NCBI GenBank assembly: GCA_963810935.1
Contig: CAWEPK010000012.1
Location: forward strand, 160,001-224,000
DNA from: an uncultured delta proteobacterium
GTDB taxonomy: Bacteria > Desulfobacterota > Syntrophorhabdia > Syntrophorhabdales > WCHB1-27
DNA length: 64,000 nucleotides
Reading direction: 5' to 3'
The notes beneath the pieces are model-generated. The model was given only the letters and a program-made list of their open reading frames with translations. It made no database searches and was not told the DNA's origin. The stretch's first letter is position 1; every line of letters starts with the position of its first letter. Shown one piece after another: positions 43,625 to 52,967 of the stretch. Made by a program: the position numbers and the translations under genes.

Positions 43625-44011
43625 ATGGGCTTCCCGCAGCTTGTGATGGTAGTTGACGACGAGCATATGATTGAACAAATGATCGAGGCCCACCTTAAAA
43701 AAAAGGGCTATGAACATGTTTCATTCCACGACGCCCTCGCAGCCATGGAATTTTTTCGTGACAACTATGACAACATCGGTCTCGCCATCATCGACCTTAC
43801 CATGCCGGCCTTAAACGGCGATGAAATGGCGGCGCGGATGCGCGTATTAGCTCCCAAACTGCCTATCATAATCATGACGGGCCACTTGGACATTCAAAAC
43901 ATCGACCACAATGTCAACATGTTCCTATCCAAGCCCGTAGAGAGAGCAGACCTCCTCAAGGCAATCGACGAGTTAATTGGCCCGGCCTGTCGGTCGGAGG
44001 ACAATCGTTGA
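43625..44011 (+). CDS. Single-domain response regulator
   Basis: VVDDE, IDLTMP and SKP motifs. Confidence 0.88.
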   Translation: MGFPQLVMVVDDEHMIEQMIEAHLKKKGYEHVSFHDALAAMEFFRDNYDNIGLAIIDLTMPALNGDEMAARMRVLAPKLPIIIMTGHLDIQNIDHNVNMFLSKPVERADLLKAIDELIGPACRSEDNR

Positions 44012-44317
44012 GATAGCCCTCTATTCCCTCGTTTCTTTCGCTCTCTTTGTCTTTAAAGAATACACCTGCTTTCCTCGGTCGGCGTCGTCATGGCGCGACA
44101 CCGGGGCGACGTGTTCGGCCCCTATCATCCCCATACACTGTTGCAATTACAGGGGATACAGGGTTTCACTATGCGGGCTTGAATCCCGCCGGATCGAAGG
44201 GTTTTGCTCGGCCGGATATAGTGTGAAACGGACTTATGGAATGCTTATACTGTACAACAGGTGGCGGTGACGGGCGTAGAATCCTCTCTTGACATTAAAA
44301 TGAGCTGTGGAGGAAGC

Positions 44318-44626
44318 ATGAAAGACCTGCACGAGATATTTACGGTCTTCAAGAAAGACTTTCCGGCTGTCTATGAAGAGTACGAAGCCTTTGGCAAGGT
44401 AATACATGAACAATCAGGACCGTTGCCTGAAAAGGTCCGCTGGCTGATCAAGATAGCCGTCTCGGGGGCCAGCGGCCACAGACTTGCTCTCGAAACCCAC
44501 ATAGCAAAGGCGAGGGAGGCGGGGGTAAAGGAAGACGAGATCAAACATGCCTTGCTTCTGATCATACAGACAACGGGATTCCCCATGTTCATGGAAGCCT
44601 ACTCCGTTTATAAAAAGGTGAAATAG
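44318..44626 (+). CDS. Carboxymuconolactone decarboxylase/AhpD-like family protein
   Basis: GPLPEK..LIKIAV...H..KAREAGV..DEI..A......GFP pattern; GGAGG RBS. Confidence 0.8.
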   Translation: MKDLHEIFTVFKKDFPAVYEEYEAFGKVIHEQSGPLPEKVRWLIKIAVSGASGHRLALETHIAKAREAGVKEDEIKHALLLIIQTTGFPMFMEAYSVYKKVK

Positions 44627-44726
44627 CCGGGCCTTTTTAAATACGGCCTTCCTGATCGCCCCGTTCGTTCTGTTCGCTTTAGCAGTTTCTACCTCTTAGC
44701 TTTTTATCCAAAACGCGATAATGGAA

Positions 44727-45782
44727 TTAAACGATCACCCCGCCGCCAAGCACCCTCTCGTGATCGTACAGCACTACCGCCTGGCCCGGCGCTATTCCCC
44801 ACACCGGCTCGCGGAACGTCACGTCCAGCACGCCGTCCCGCAAAGCATACTCGCACGGCTCCTCCTTCTGCCTGTACCGCACCTTCGCCCACGCCTCCCC
44901 CTGCGCCGGCCCGCCGAGCATATTCACGTCCTCCGCCGTGAGGCGCGTCCGCAGCAGCGCCTCCCTGGGGCCGACGACCACCACGTTCTCCGACGCCCTG
45001 ATGCCCACCACGTACAGCGCCTCTTTGTAAGGCACGCCGATCCCCCTTCTCTGCCCGATGGTATAAAGGTGCGTCCCTGCGTGGGCCCCCACTTCCCTGC
45101 CGTCCGCTGTTACGATGGGGCCCCTCTTGCCGACGATGCGCTCCTTGAGGAAGGCCCGGTAGTCGTTGCCGGGGACGAAGCAGATGTCCTGGCTCTCCAC
45201 CGGCGCCTTGCAGCCGCCTTCCGCGCCGAAGGCCGCGGCAAAGCCTGCGCGCACCTCGGCCTTCCTGTAGGAGGCCAGGGGGAAGACGAGCCGGGGGAGG
45301 TCTTTTCGCCGGACCGGGTAAAGGAAATACGACTGGTCCTTCAATACGTCCTTACCCTTTTTCAGGACATGCCCCTCGGGCGTTGCCTCCACGGCCGCGT
45401 AATGGCCGGTAGCTACGAGGTCTGCGCCCATCGCAGCCGCCTTATCGAGGAACGAGCCGAACTTGACGTACCTGTTGCAGAGGATGCACGGGTTGGGCGT
45501 CCGCCCCGCCGCGTAGTCGTCCACGAACGGAGCGATGACGTGCGTCTCGAAGGCCTCGCGCATGTTCATGACGTAATGCGGGATAGAAAAGGCGTCCGCC
45601 ACCTTCCGCGCCCTGTCCATCTGGACGGCCGAGCAGCACATCCTGGGGTTGGACGCGCTCCTCATGCCCGACGGCAGGAGGTCGAACGTAATGCCGACCA
45701 CGTTTAGGTCGCTGCCTTTCAGCAGCCAGGCCGCATACGAGCTGTCGATGCCGCCGCTCATCGCCACGAATACCGTTTCCAT
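44727..45782 (-). CDS. mnmA: tRNA-specific 2-thiouridylase
   Basis: AMSGGIDSS, TPNPCILCN, ATGHY, KDQSYFL, ESQDICF, YTIGQRRG and PGQAVV motifs. Confidence 0.96.
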   Translation of the reverse strand: METVFVAMSGGIDSSYAAWLLKGSDLNVVGITFDLLPSGMRSASNPRMCCSAVQMDRARKVADAFSIPHYVMNMREAFETHVIAPFVDDYAAGRTPNPCILCNRYVKFGSFLDKAAAMGADLVATGHYAAVEATPEGHVLKKGKDVLKDQSYFLYPVRRKDLPRLVFPLASYRKAEVRAGFAAAFGAEGGCKAPVESQDICFVPGNDYRAFLKERIVGKRGPIVTADGREVGAHAGTHLYTIGQRRGIGVPYKEALYVVGIRASENVVVVGPREALLRTRLTAEDVNMLGGPAQGEAWAKVRYRQKEEPCEYALRDGVLDVTFREPVWGIAPGQAVVLYDHERVLGGGVIV

Positions 45783-45966
45783 ACCTGAATATAACATTAT
45801 TTTAGGCGGAGGCGACGACCAAATCATGCCCGCTTCCCTGCCCGCGCCGCAATCCGGGGAAGCAAATCTTTGCCCTGCCCCTTGAATCCGCGACAGAAGC
45901 GAATGACAATAAATGACCCTGCTGTACACAGCAGGGTAACCAGGCCACGAGCGAAAGCGAGTTTTT

Positions 45967-46023
45967 GAGGGGGAGGCTCCGCGAGCTTTGCTCGTGGAGG
46001 GGGCGACGCTAGCCCCCAACTTG
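45967..46023. repeat. Repeat family R, copy 2
   Basis: GAGGGGGAGGCTCC-GCGAGC-ttt-GCTCGT-GGAGGGGGCGACGCTAGCCCC. Confidence 0.88.
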
Positions 46024-46081
46024 AAACTAAGCGAAATTTCTGGTATTATGAGTTTGGTTTTCCATAAGGAGGTTCAAACTC

Positions 46082-47434
46082 ATGGGCAAAAAGTTACGGT
46101 TCTCGTTAGGGATCCTCCTGACGGTCATTTTCGTCCTCGGCTTCCTGGCCGGAGCGCACGGGAACAAGATAGTCAGGAGCGCCCAAGGACAGGAGGTGTA
46201 TGAATACCTGAAAACACTCTCCGACGTCCTCGACATAGTAAAGAACAACTATGTCGATAAGGTAAATGACCGAGACCTTATCTACGCGGGCGTGAAGGGG
46301 ATGGTCGAGTCCCTCGACCCGCACTCCTCTTTTCTGACACCCGACATGTACAAGGAAATGCAGACCGAGACCAAAGGGGAGTTCGGCGGCATCGGTATCG
46401 AGATCACGCTAAAAGACGGTTTTCCGACGGTAATAACGGCAATAGAGGACACGCCCGCTTACAAGGCCGGCCTCAAGTCCTCAGACCAGGTCGTAAAAAT
46501 CGATAGCAAGCCTACGAAAAATATGGGTCTCGTCGACGTCGTCAAGCTCATCAGGGGCCAAAAGGGCAAGTCGGTAACGCTGACAATAATGCGCGAGGGC
46601 TTCAATATACCCAAGGATTTTCAGGTCAAGCGCGATATTATCACCGTCAAGAGCGTCAAATACAGGATGCTCGACGATAACTACGGCTACGTGCGCATCA
46701 CCCAGTTCCAGGAAAGGACGGGGAAAGACCTGAGCGCAGCAATCAAAGAGCTTACAAGACTGGCCAAGGGCGGCAACCTGAAAGGCGTACTCCTCGACCT
46801 GCGGAGCAACCCGGGCGGGCTGCTCGACCAGGCGGTGGACGTTTCCGATAAGTTCCTGAGCGACGGCCTCATCACCTACATAGAGGGCAGGAAGCCCGAA
46901 GAGAAGGTGAAATTCTCGGCGCACAACAACAAGTCCGATTACACGGGGCCGCTCGTAGTCCTCGTGAACGAGGGGAGCGCCAGCGGCTCGGAGATCGTGG
47001 CCGGAGCGCTTCAGGACACGAAAAGGGCCATAATCGTAGGGACGAAGACCTTCGGCAAGGGGTCCGTGCAGACGATCATACCCCTGCCGGACGGCTCGGC
47101 GGTGCGCCTCACGACGGCCAAGTATTACACACCCGCAGGCCGCTCGATCCAGGCGGACGGCATCAACCCGGACATCGTGGTCGAGAACGACCTGACCCGG
47201 ACGAAGGGCGAGAAATATACGCCGATAAAGGAAAAAGACCTCGACAGGCACCTGGAGGGCGCGAAGAAATCGGTGGAGCCGCAGGTGGAGCCGCCTAAGC
47301 TGGAAGAGAAGAAACACGAGGAAAGCGCACCGGCCGTCGACGGCCTGGGGCTCGCAAAGACGGATGAAGACGATATCCAGCTTGCAATGGGGCGCCAGAT
47401 ACTGAAGAGCTGGCAGGCACTCAGGGGCAAATAG
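46082..47434 (+). CDS. ctpA: Carboxyl-terminal processing protease (S41A, PDZ)
   Basis: LDPHS, GEFGGIGI, DLRSNPGG, SASGSEI and TFGKGSVQ motifs. Confidence 0.93.
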   Translation: MGKKLRFSLGILLTVIFVLGFLAGAHGNKIVRSAQGQEVYEYLKTLSDVLDIVKNNYVDKVNDRDLIYAGVKGMVESLDPHSSFLTPDMYKEMQTETKGEFGGIGIEITLKDGFPTVITAIEDTPAYKAGLKSSDQVVKIDSKPTKNMGLVDVVKLIRGQKGKSVTLTIMREGFNIPKDFQVKRDIITVKSVKYRMLDDNYGYVRITQFQERTGKDLSAAIKELTRLAKGGNLKGVLLDLRSNPGGLLDQAVDVSDKFLSDGLITYIEGRKPEEKVKFSAHNNKSDYTGPLVVLVNEGSASGSEIVAGALQDTKRAIIVGTKTFGKGSVQTIIPLPDGSAVRLTTAKYYTPAGRSIQADGINPDIVVENDLTRTKGEKYTPIKEKDLDRHLEGAKKSVEPQVEPPKLEEKKHEESAPAVDGLGLAKTDEDDIQLAMGRQILKSWQALRGK

Positions 47435-47476
47435 AGAAACGCAACCGGGATACGGCTTTTACGGAGAACCAACGAA

Positions 47477-47580
47477 GGGGTGATGTTAGCCCCGGTATTT
47501 GAAAATGCCTTTTCCTTTTTATGAGGGGGAGGCTCCGCCGGCTTTGCCGGGGGAGGGGGCGACGCTAGCCCCAGTAATTG
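47477..47580. repeat. Repeat family R, copy 3 (47504-47580) preceded by a partial copy (47477-47501)
   Basis: Same AATGCC.TTTCCTTTT.ATGAGGGGGAGGCTCC leader as copy 1; flanked by ACCAACG at 47468-47474 and 47582-47588. Confidence 0.85.
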
Positions 47581-47971
47581 CACCAACGGGGGAGGCGACG
47601 AGCCTCCCCTTCCATTCTGCCGGAATGCGCCTGGGCTTCCCCGACGCATCGACACAAACCATCAACGTCTCTCCGTCGGCGATCGGCCTGCCGCCCTTGG
47701 ATACAGCGTGGTGCAGGGAAAACTGGGCGTTCTTAACCACAACGACGGACGTCTCCAGATCGACCTCGTCCCCATACCGCAGCTTTTCGTTCAAATCCAC
47801 CCGGGCGGACTTGACCATAAGGTAGACGCCTTTCTCCTCCCATTCAGGCAGCGAAATGCCGAGGGACAATAAATGCTCGTACCAGGATTTTTCAAAGAGC
47901 TTAAGATAGTTGGCGAAGTAAACAACGCCCCCGGCGTCGGTGTCCTGGTAGTATATCCGCGTGCGGTACAT
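47519..47971 (-). CDS. YbgC/4HBT-family acyl-CoA thioesterase
   Basis: YYQDTDAGGVVYFANYL motif. Confidence 0.9.
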   Translation of the reverse strand: MYRTRIYYQDTDAGGVVYFANYLKLFEKSWYEHLLSLGISLPEWEEKGVYLMVKSARVDLNEKLRYGDEVDLETSVVVVKNAQFSLHHAVSKGGRPIADGETLMVCVDASGKPRRIPAEWKGRLVASPVGAITGASVAPSPGKAGGASPS

Positions 47972-48464
47972 ATGTTGTGAGACGATAGCATGTGTGGAGG
48001 CGCGGGGTCAATCGGCGGATGAAAAATCGGTGGGTAGAGAGTGACTGCTTTTGATACATCTTGCTTCCATGAAGGTCCCCGCCGTCTTTTGCATACAATG
48101 CCGCCGTTTTCGGGGTAATCATACGATGCTGGGAGGTTGTAATCTACACACATCGTCGTCGCTTCGCGCCCGTGAGCTTCCTGTAGTCGAGGTTTTGGTA
48201 TTTTCCTTGAGAATGCAACATTTGAAATGCAAATCTTCAATTTGTGCTTGAAAACCGGGGCTATTTCCATGGGCAAGTTTCCACTTGACTCTCCATTCCC
48301 AAAAGAGTATTTTTCGATTGTCAGATTCCACGTGTTTCTGATTAACCCAGCACGCTAGCCTCAACTTTTATTGCGTGTCGTAGAGAAAGAGCTTCAGAAG
48401 GTGCCCAAGTGGATGAAAACGAAGGCAATCACCTATCGCCTGCAAAAACCGGAAGGGGAATGAA

Positions 48465-49790
48465 ATGGCTCTAAGCATGAAGGACCGGCTGGATGGTTTA
48501 CCGCTGTCCCGCTGGCATTGGAACGTGATGCTGATATGTTCACTGGGATTTTTGTTTGACGGTATGGACAACATGATGATTTCATTTGCCCTTCCGGTAT
48601 TGATCAGTACCTGGAAACTTACTTCCCGACAAGCCGGGATAATCGGAAGTGCCGGCGTTGTCGGTATGGTGATAGGATCGTTCGTTTTTGGAATTTTGGC
48701 CGATTACCGGGGCAGAAGATATGTCTTTCAGACGACTATACTCGTGTATAGTCTTTTCACTGGCTTCTGCGCATTATCTGCGAATTGGGTAATGCTCATT
48801 GTCTTTCGCCTGATTGTCGGGACTGGGGTTGGAGGCCTTATTCCGGTTGACACCGCATACCTGACAGAGATGACTCCTCCCAAATACCGTGGAAAATTCC
48901 TTAGCCTCTTTAACGGAGCATGGCCAATTGGAGCCGCGGTCGCGGGTCTCCTTTCTTATTTTTTGGTTCCGGTTTTTGGTTGGCGGATTCTGTTCGTAAT
49001 AGGCGTATTGCCGGCCTTGATAGTTTTTTGGATCCGAAGATCCCTTCCCGAATCTCCCCGTTACCTTGTAAGCAGGAAGAAATTTGAGGAAGCCAAAAGA
49101 GAAATCTTTAAGATTGAAAAAAGAGTGCTGGGCAAAACGTCAGAAGAGGAAATAGTTTTTGATACGAACGTAGAGCAGCCCCCCCGCTCCAGTTTTGCAG
49201 AACTTTGGACCAGGCGCTTGCTAAAATCTACAATCGTCTCGATGATTCTCTGGTGGTGTCTGTCGTTTGCCTATTTTGGTATTTTTATTTGGTTGCCCAC
49301 TTTACTGACCAAAATGGGCGTACCTGTGGCCCGAGGGTACCTTTTAACAACCATCACCCTTCTAAGCGCAATTCCCGGTTTCGTAGCCGCCGCCTATTCC
49401 GTGGAGATCTTCGGGAGGAAAAAGACCCTTGTCGTATCATTCATCCTTTTTGCCTTTTTCACTTACATGTTTTTCCATGCAACCACCCAGGGAACGGCGT
49501 TAGCTGCTTTAATGCCACTCTCTTTCTTCAACGAAGTCGCCTGGTGTGCAGTATACGCTTATACTCCGGAATTATTTCCGACGCGAGCAAGAGGTACGGG
49601 AGGGGGTTGGGCTTCCACTTTTGGCCGTACGGGGTCGATTATCGCTCCATCTATTGTCGGCTTTTTTGTTGATATAAGCCGGACCACAGTAATGTGGGTA
49701 TTTGTCGGCGTGCTGATTCTTGCTGCCGTAACTACCTTGGTGGGTATCGAAACAAAAGGTAAACGTTTGGAAGACCTTTGGCCGGATTAA
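48465..49790 (+). CDS. MFS transporter (aromatic acid/metabolite:H+ symporter-like)
   Basis: FDGMD, GILADYRGRR, PESPRYL and ELFPTRARG motifs; AT-rich. Confidence 0.9.
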   Translation: MALSMKDRLDGLPLSRWHWNVMLICSLGFLFDGMDNMMISFALPVLISTWKLTSRQAGIIGSAGVVGMVIGSFVFGILADYRGRRYVFQTTILVYSLFTGFCALSANWVMLIVFRLIVGTGVGGLIPVDTAYLTEMTPPKYRGKFLSLFNGAWPIGAAVAGLLSYFLVPVFGWRILFVIGVLPALIVFWIRRSLPESPRYLVSRKKFEEAKREIFKIEKRVLGKTSEEEIVFDTNVEQPPRSSFAELWTRRLLKSTIVSMILWWCLSFAYFGIFIWLPTLLTKMGVPVARGYLLTTITLLSAIPGFVAAAYSVEIFGRKKTLVVSFILFAFFTYMFFHATTQGTALAALMPLSFFNEVAWCAVYAYTPELFPTRARGTGGGWASTFGRTGSIIAPSIVGFFVDISRTTVMWVFVGVLILAAVTTLVGIETKGKRLEDLWPD

Positions 49791-49844
49791 CAGCCTGACC
49801 TAACCGTTCTGATTGTTATTGACGCACAGAATGATTTTTGTGCT
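49791..49844 (+). pseudogene. Remnant of a cysteine hydrolase (isochorismatase-family) N-terminus
   Basis: Translates to QPDLTVLIVIDAQNDFCA, matching the IDxQNDF motif; no start codon and no continuation. Confidence 0.5.
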
Positions 49845-49900
49845 ACATCAGCGACAAGGAAAAGTAGATCGAACGAAATACAGGCGGGAGGAAGCGGAAG

Positions 49901-51247
49901 ATGATAGATGACTTGAGAACCCAACTGGAAGCCGTGGAAAACTGGGGAGAGGTGTTGCACATCCGGAAGGAGGTAAACCCCCGGTTTGAGCTTCCGGCGA
50001 TTTGCAAGAAACTCGAGGCGGGAAAAGCAGTGATCTTCGAAAAGGTAAAGGGATATTCCATGCCCGTGGTGGTGGGCCTGGACAACAGCCGTTCCCGAAT
50101 GGCCCGCGTCCTGGGCACCGATGACTTCGGCCTGACTCCCCGATATCTGGAGGCGATCCGCAATCCCTTACCCCCGGTGGTCGTGAAAGACGGGCCCGTC
50201 AAGGAAGTAAAGATTACACGGGACATCGACCTCCTGAAGACCCTGCCGGTCATCACCCACTACGAAAAAGACGGGGGACCCTATATCACCGCCGGGGTGG
50301 TCATAGCCGAAGACAAGAACCGGGGCGTTCGCAATATCTCCTACCAGCGGATGCAAATCACGGGGAAAGATGAGATCGGGCTTCTCATTCAGCCCCGGCA
50401 CCTCTGGAAGCTCTACACGGACAGAGAAAAAGAGAACCAACCTTTAGAAGTGGCCGTGGCCATCGGGCTGGATACCGGCATCCGCCTCGCCGGGGCGACC
50501 TGGGGTTCCCTGATCCCCCTGGGTTTCGATGAACTCTCCATTGCCGGAGCCCTGAGACAGAAGGCCGTGGAGATCGTACCCTGCGAAACCGTGGGGGTCA
50601 TGGTCCCCGCCCGGGCGGAGATCGTCCTGGAAGGAGAAATCCTGCCGGGGACGCGAAAGACCGAAGGCCCTTTTGCGGAGTTCACCGGGACCTACGGTGA
50701 CGTCTGGGAGAATCCCGTTCTCCGGGTGAAAGCCATAACCCACCGGAGGGAGCCGATCTATCAGGACCTCTTAACCTTCACGCCCGAACATCATCTGCTC
50801 CTGGGCGTCCCCTATGAGCCCGTGGTCTACCAGGCAGTCAGGACCTATGTCCCCGGAACAAGGGCGGTGCATATTACCCCGTCCGGTTGTGGCAAGTTTC
50901 ATGTCGTAATCTGCATCCGGAAGGAACATGAGGGAGACGGCAAGGACGCGATCCTGGCCGGCCTCTACAGCGTCCGGGACATCAAGCTGGTCACGGTGGT
51001 GGATGAGGACGTGGACCCTTTTAACCCCCGGGACGTGGAGTGGGCGGTGGCCACGCGATTTCAGGCAGACAGAGACCTGGTTGTAATTTCCGGGGCCAAA
51101 GGTAATGAGCTGGACCCGTCCTGCCCCCAGTTGGCCCTGACAGCCAAGATGGGGATTGATGCCACCAAGCCCTTAGCCCGGAGCGAGCGGTTCGAGAAGA
51201 TCCGCATCCCCGGGGTTGAAGACCTCAAGGTCCAGGATTATTTATGA
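49901..51247 (+). CDS. UbiD-family (prFMN-dependent) decarboxylase/carboxylase
   Basis: DGGPYITAG, EIVLEG, EGPFAEFTG and VVDEDVDP..VEWAVATRFQ motifs. Confidence 0.92.
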   Translation: MIDDLRTQLEAVENWGEVLHIRKEVNPRFELPAICKKLEAGKAVIFEKVKGYSMPVVVGLDNSRSRMARVLGTDDFGLTPRYLEAIRNPLPPVVVKDGPVKEVKITRDIDLLKTLPVITHYEKDGGPYITAGVVIAEDKNRGVRNISYQRMQITGKDEIGLLIQPRHLWKLYTDREKENQPLEVAVAIGLDTGIRLAGATWGSLIPLGFDELSIAGALRQKAVEIVPCETVGVMVPARAEIVLEGEILPGTRKTEGPFAEFTGTYGDVWENPVLRVKAITHRREPIYQDLLTFTPEHHLLLGVPYEPVVYQAVRTYVPGTRAVHITPSGCGKFHVVICIRKEHEGDGKDAILAGLYSVRDIKLVTVVDEDVDPFNPRDVEWAVATRFQADRDLVVISGAKGNELDPSCPQLALTAKMGIDATKPLARSERFEKIRIPGVEDLKVQDYL

Positions 51248-51294
51248 CCCGGAGGCCATTCATTCCGTAACCATGACCGGTGCTTCCGACGCCG

Positions 51295-51350
51295 GGCGGG
51301 GAGGCTCCGCAGGCTTTGCCCGTGGAGGGGGTGCTGAACCCCAATAATTG
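51295..51350. repeat. Repeat family R, copy 4
   Basis: GGGGAGGCTCC-GCAGGC-ttt-GCCCGT-GGAGGGGGTGCTGAACCCC-AATAATTG; abuts the stop of the rhodanese gene. Confidence 0.82.
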
Positions 51351-51351
51351 T

Positions 51352-51783
51352 TTACTTCGGCTCGGTGGGATAGCCCGCTTTTACCCAGCCGGACCACCCG
51401 CCTTTGAGGGCATAAACTTTTGAGTAACCTTTTTTGGAGAAGAGGAGCGCCATACTGGCGCTCGTCGCTTCGTGGAGTCAGTCGCAGTAGAAAACGAGCG
51501 TCTTGTCCTTTGGGACCTTCTCCATCATGGCCTTGGCGCTCGATGGGTTCAGCCTGACCGCCCCTTTGATCTTATTGGAGCTATCGTTCCATTCACTGTC
51601 TATCCGGGAGTCGAGAATGACTACGTCCGGATTTCCCAACATGGACTTCAACTGTTCCGCAGTCATGCGCGGCACCTTGTCGGCCGAAGTTATCGCCGAC
51701 ATGGCGATACCGGCTGCTACAAGCCCCGCGACGAGTATAATCGCAAGCCATTTCACGACACTAACCCCACTCGCATGTGTCAT
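51352..51783 (-). CDS. Rhodanese-like selenoprotein (Sec at TGA 51480-51478); start uncertain
   Basis: Frame continues past TGA as LVFYCD-U-LHEATSASMALLLSKKGYSKVYALKGGWSGWVKAGYPTEPK, completing a rhodanese domain; SECIS-like hairpin follows; N-terminal signal/TM segment. Confidence 0.88.
51445..51463 (-). promoter_or_regulatory. Candidate bacterial SECIS hairpin
   Basis: GAGCGCCA-GTA-TGGCGCTC 8-bp stem starting 14 nt after UGA; loop begins with GU. Confidence 0.75.
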
Positions 51784-51901
51784 ATTATAAGTGTAAGTGC
51801 GGCTGATGTCAGGCGCAAGCGGGAGCGGCTGGAAAGGACAGGTCCGTCCGGTATAGACTATGGCGCCGGGCGGGCAAAAACAAACGCGCAAGGAGACGAC
51901 C

Positions 51902-52870
51902 GTGAATACCGATATATGCAGCTTCGAGACGCTGGCTCCGGAAGTGAAGAAATTCCTCAAGCTGATGAAGGATATCCCCCAGCCGCCCATATCGATGAAG
52001 ACCTACAAGGCCATTCGCCAATTCATGGCGTCCACGGTCAAAAACGTTGAAAGGCAGAGCTTCTCCGGCACCGTGGAGGACATAACTATACCCGGCCCCG
52101 CAAGACCCATCCCGGTCCGCGTCTACCGGCCCGATTCAGCGAAAGATCCCCTGCCCCTCCTGCTCTATTTCCACGGCGGAGGGTTTGTCCTGGGAGACCT
52201 AGATATGGAAGAAGACACTTGCATTGCCCTTGGCTGGCAGACGCCGTGTGTCGTCGTCTCGGTCGATTACGCCCTGGCGCCTGAGCACCCATCCCCGGCC
52301 GCGCGCGAGGAAGCTTACGCAGCCCTCCTCTGGGCAGCCGGACACGCAGGCGAGATAGGGGCGGACGCAGGAAGGATTGCAGTCGCAGGCCAGAGCGCGG
52401 GGGGCAACCTGGCGGCAGTCATCTCCATCATGTCGAGGGACCTGGGAGGACCGACTATCGCCTTCCAGGCGCTTTTCTATCCTGCAACGGACCTCGCAGC
52501 CGGCGCCAGCCCGTCGCGTCGCGATTTCAGTAAAGGGTTTTTCCTGGACGCACGCGATATGGAAGGGGTCGTTTCCATGTATGTCCCTGACGAGAAGGAC
52601 CGCCTGCACCCCTATGTCTCACCGCTGCGCGTCCAGGACGCCTCCCGCCTGCCCCCTGCCCTCGTGGTAACCGCAGGATGCGACCCCTTGCGGGACGAGG
52701 GGGAGGCATACGCAAGAAGGCTGTCCGATGCAGGCGTAAAAGCGGAAATCTTCCGGCTCGGCGACATGATCCATGCCTTCCTTTACCTCTTCAAATCGGC
52801 CGGCAGCACCAGGCGCGTAATCGAGACCACAGCCGCCCGGCTGCGGGAGGCATTCGGCCCCCGCACTTGA
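51902..52870 (+). CDS. Alpha/beta hydrolase (HSL/Aes-type esterase)
   Basis: HGGGF, VDYALAPEHP, GQSAG, DPLRDEG and H motifs. Confidence 0.92.
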   Translation: MNTDICSFETLAPEVKKFLKLMKDIPQPPISMKTYKAIRQFMASTVKNVERQSFSGTVEDITIPGPARPIPVRVYRPDSAKDPLPLLLYFHGGGFVLGDLDMEEDTCIALGWQTPCVVVSVDYALAPEHPSPAAREEAYAALLWAAGHAGEIGADAGRIAVAGQSAGGNLAAVISIMSRDLGGPTIAFQALFYPATDLAAGASPSRRDFSKGFFLDARDMEGVVSMYVPDEKDRLHPYVSPLRVQDASRLPPALVVTAGCDPLRDEGEAYARRLSDAGVKAEIFRLGDMIHAFLYLFKSAGSTRRVIETTAARLREAFGPRT

Positions 52871-52911
52871 GCCGCAATGATTGTAATAAAGCAAGCGTAT
52901 GCGCCGAGCCG

Positions 52912-52967
52912 AGCGGGGTGGCTCCGCGAGCTTCGCTCGTGGAGGGGGCGCTGAGCCCCATTGATTG
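52912..52967. repeat. Repeat family R, copy 5
   Basis: GGGGTGGCTCC-GCGAGC-ttc-GCTCGT-GGAGGGGGCGCTGAGCCCC-ATTGATTG; followed directly by a copy of the esterase 3' end. Confidence 0.85.

Noticed and set aside
48026..48036. TCGGTGGGTAG as a duplicated rhodanese 3' end marking the left edge of the MFS-ubiD block
   Set aside because: Only about 8 bp match, too short to distinguish from chance.
37714..52967. Repeat families as a CRISPR array
   Set aside because: The copies are dispersed kilobases apart, are not regularly spaced, and no cas genes are seen.
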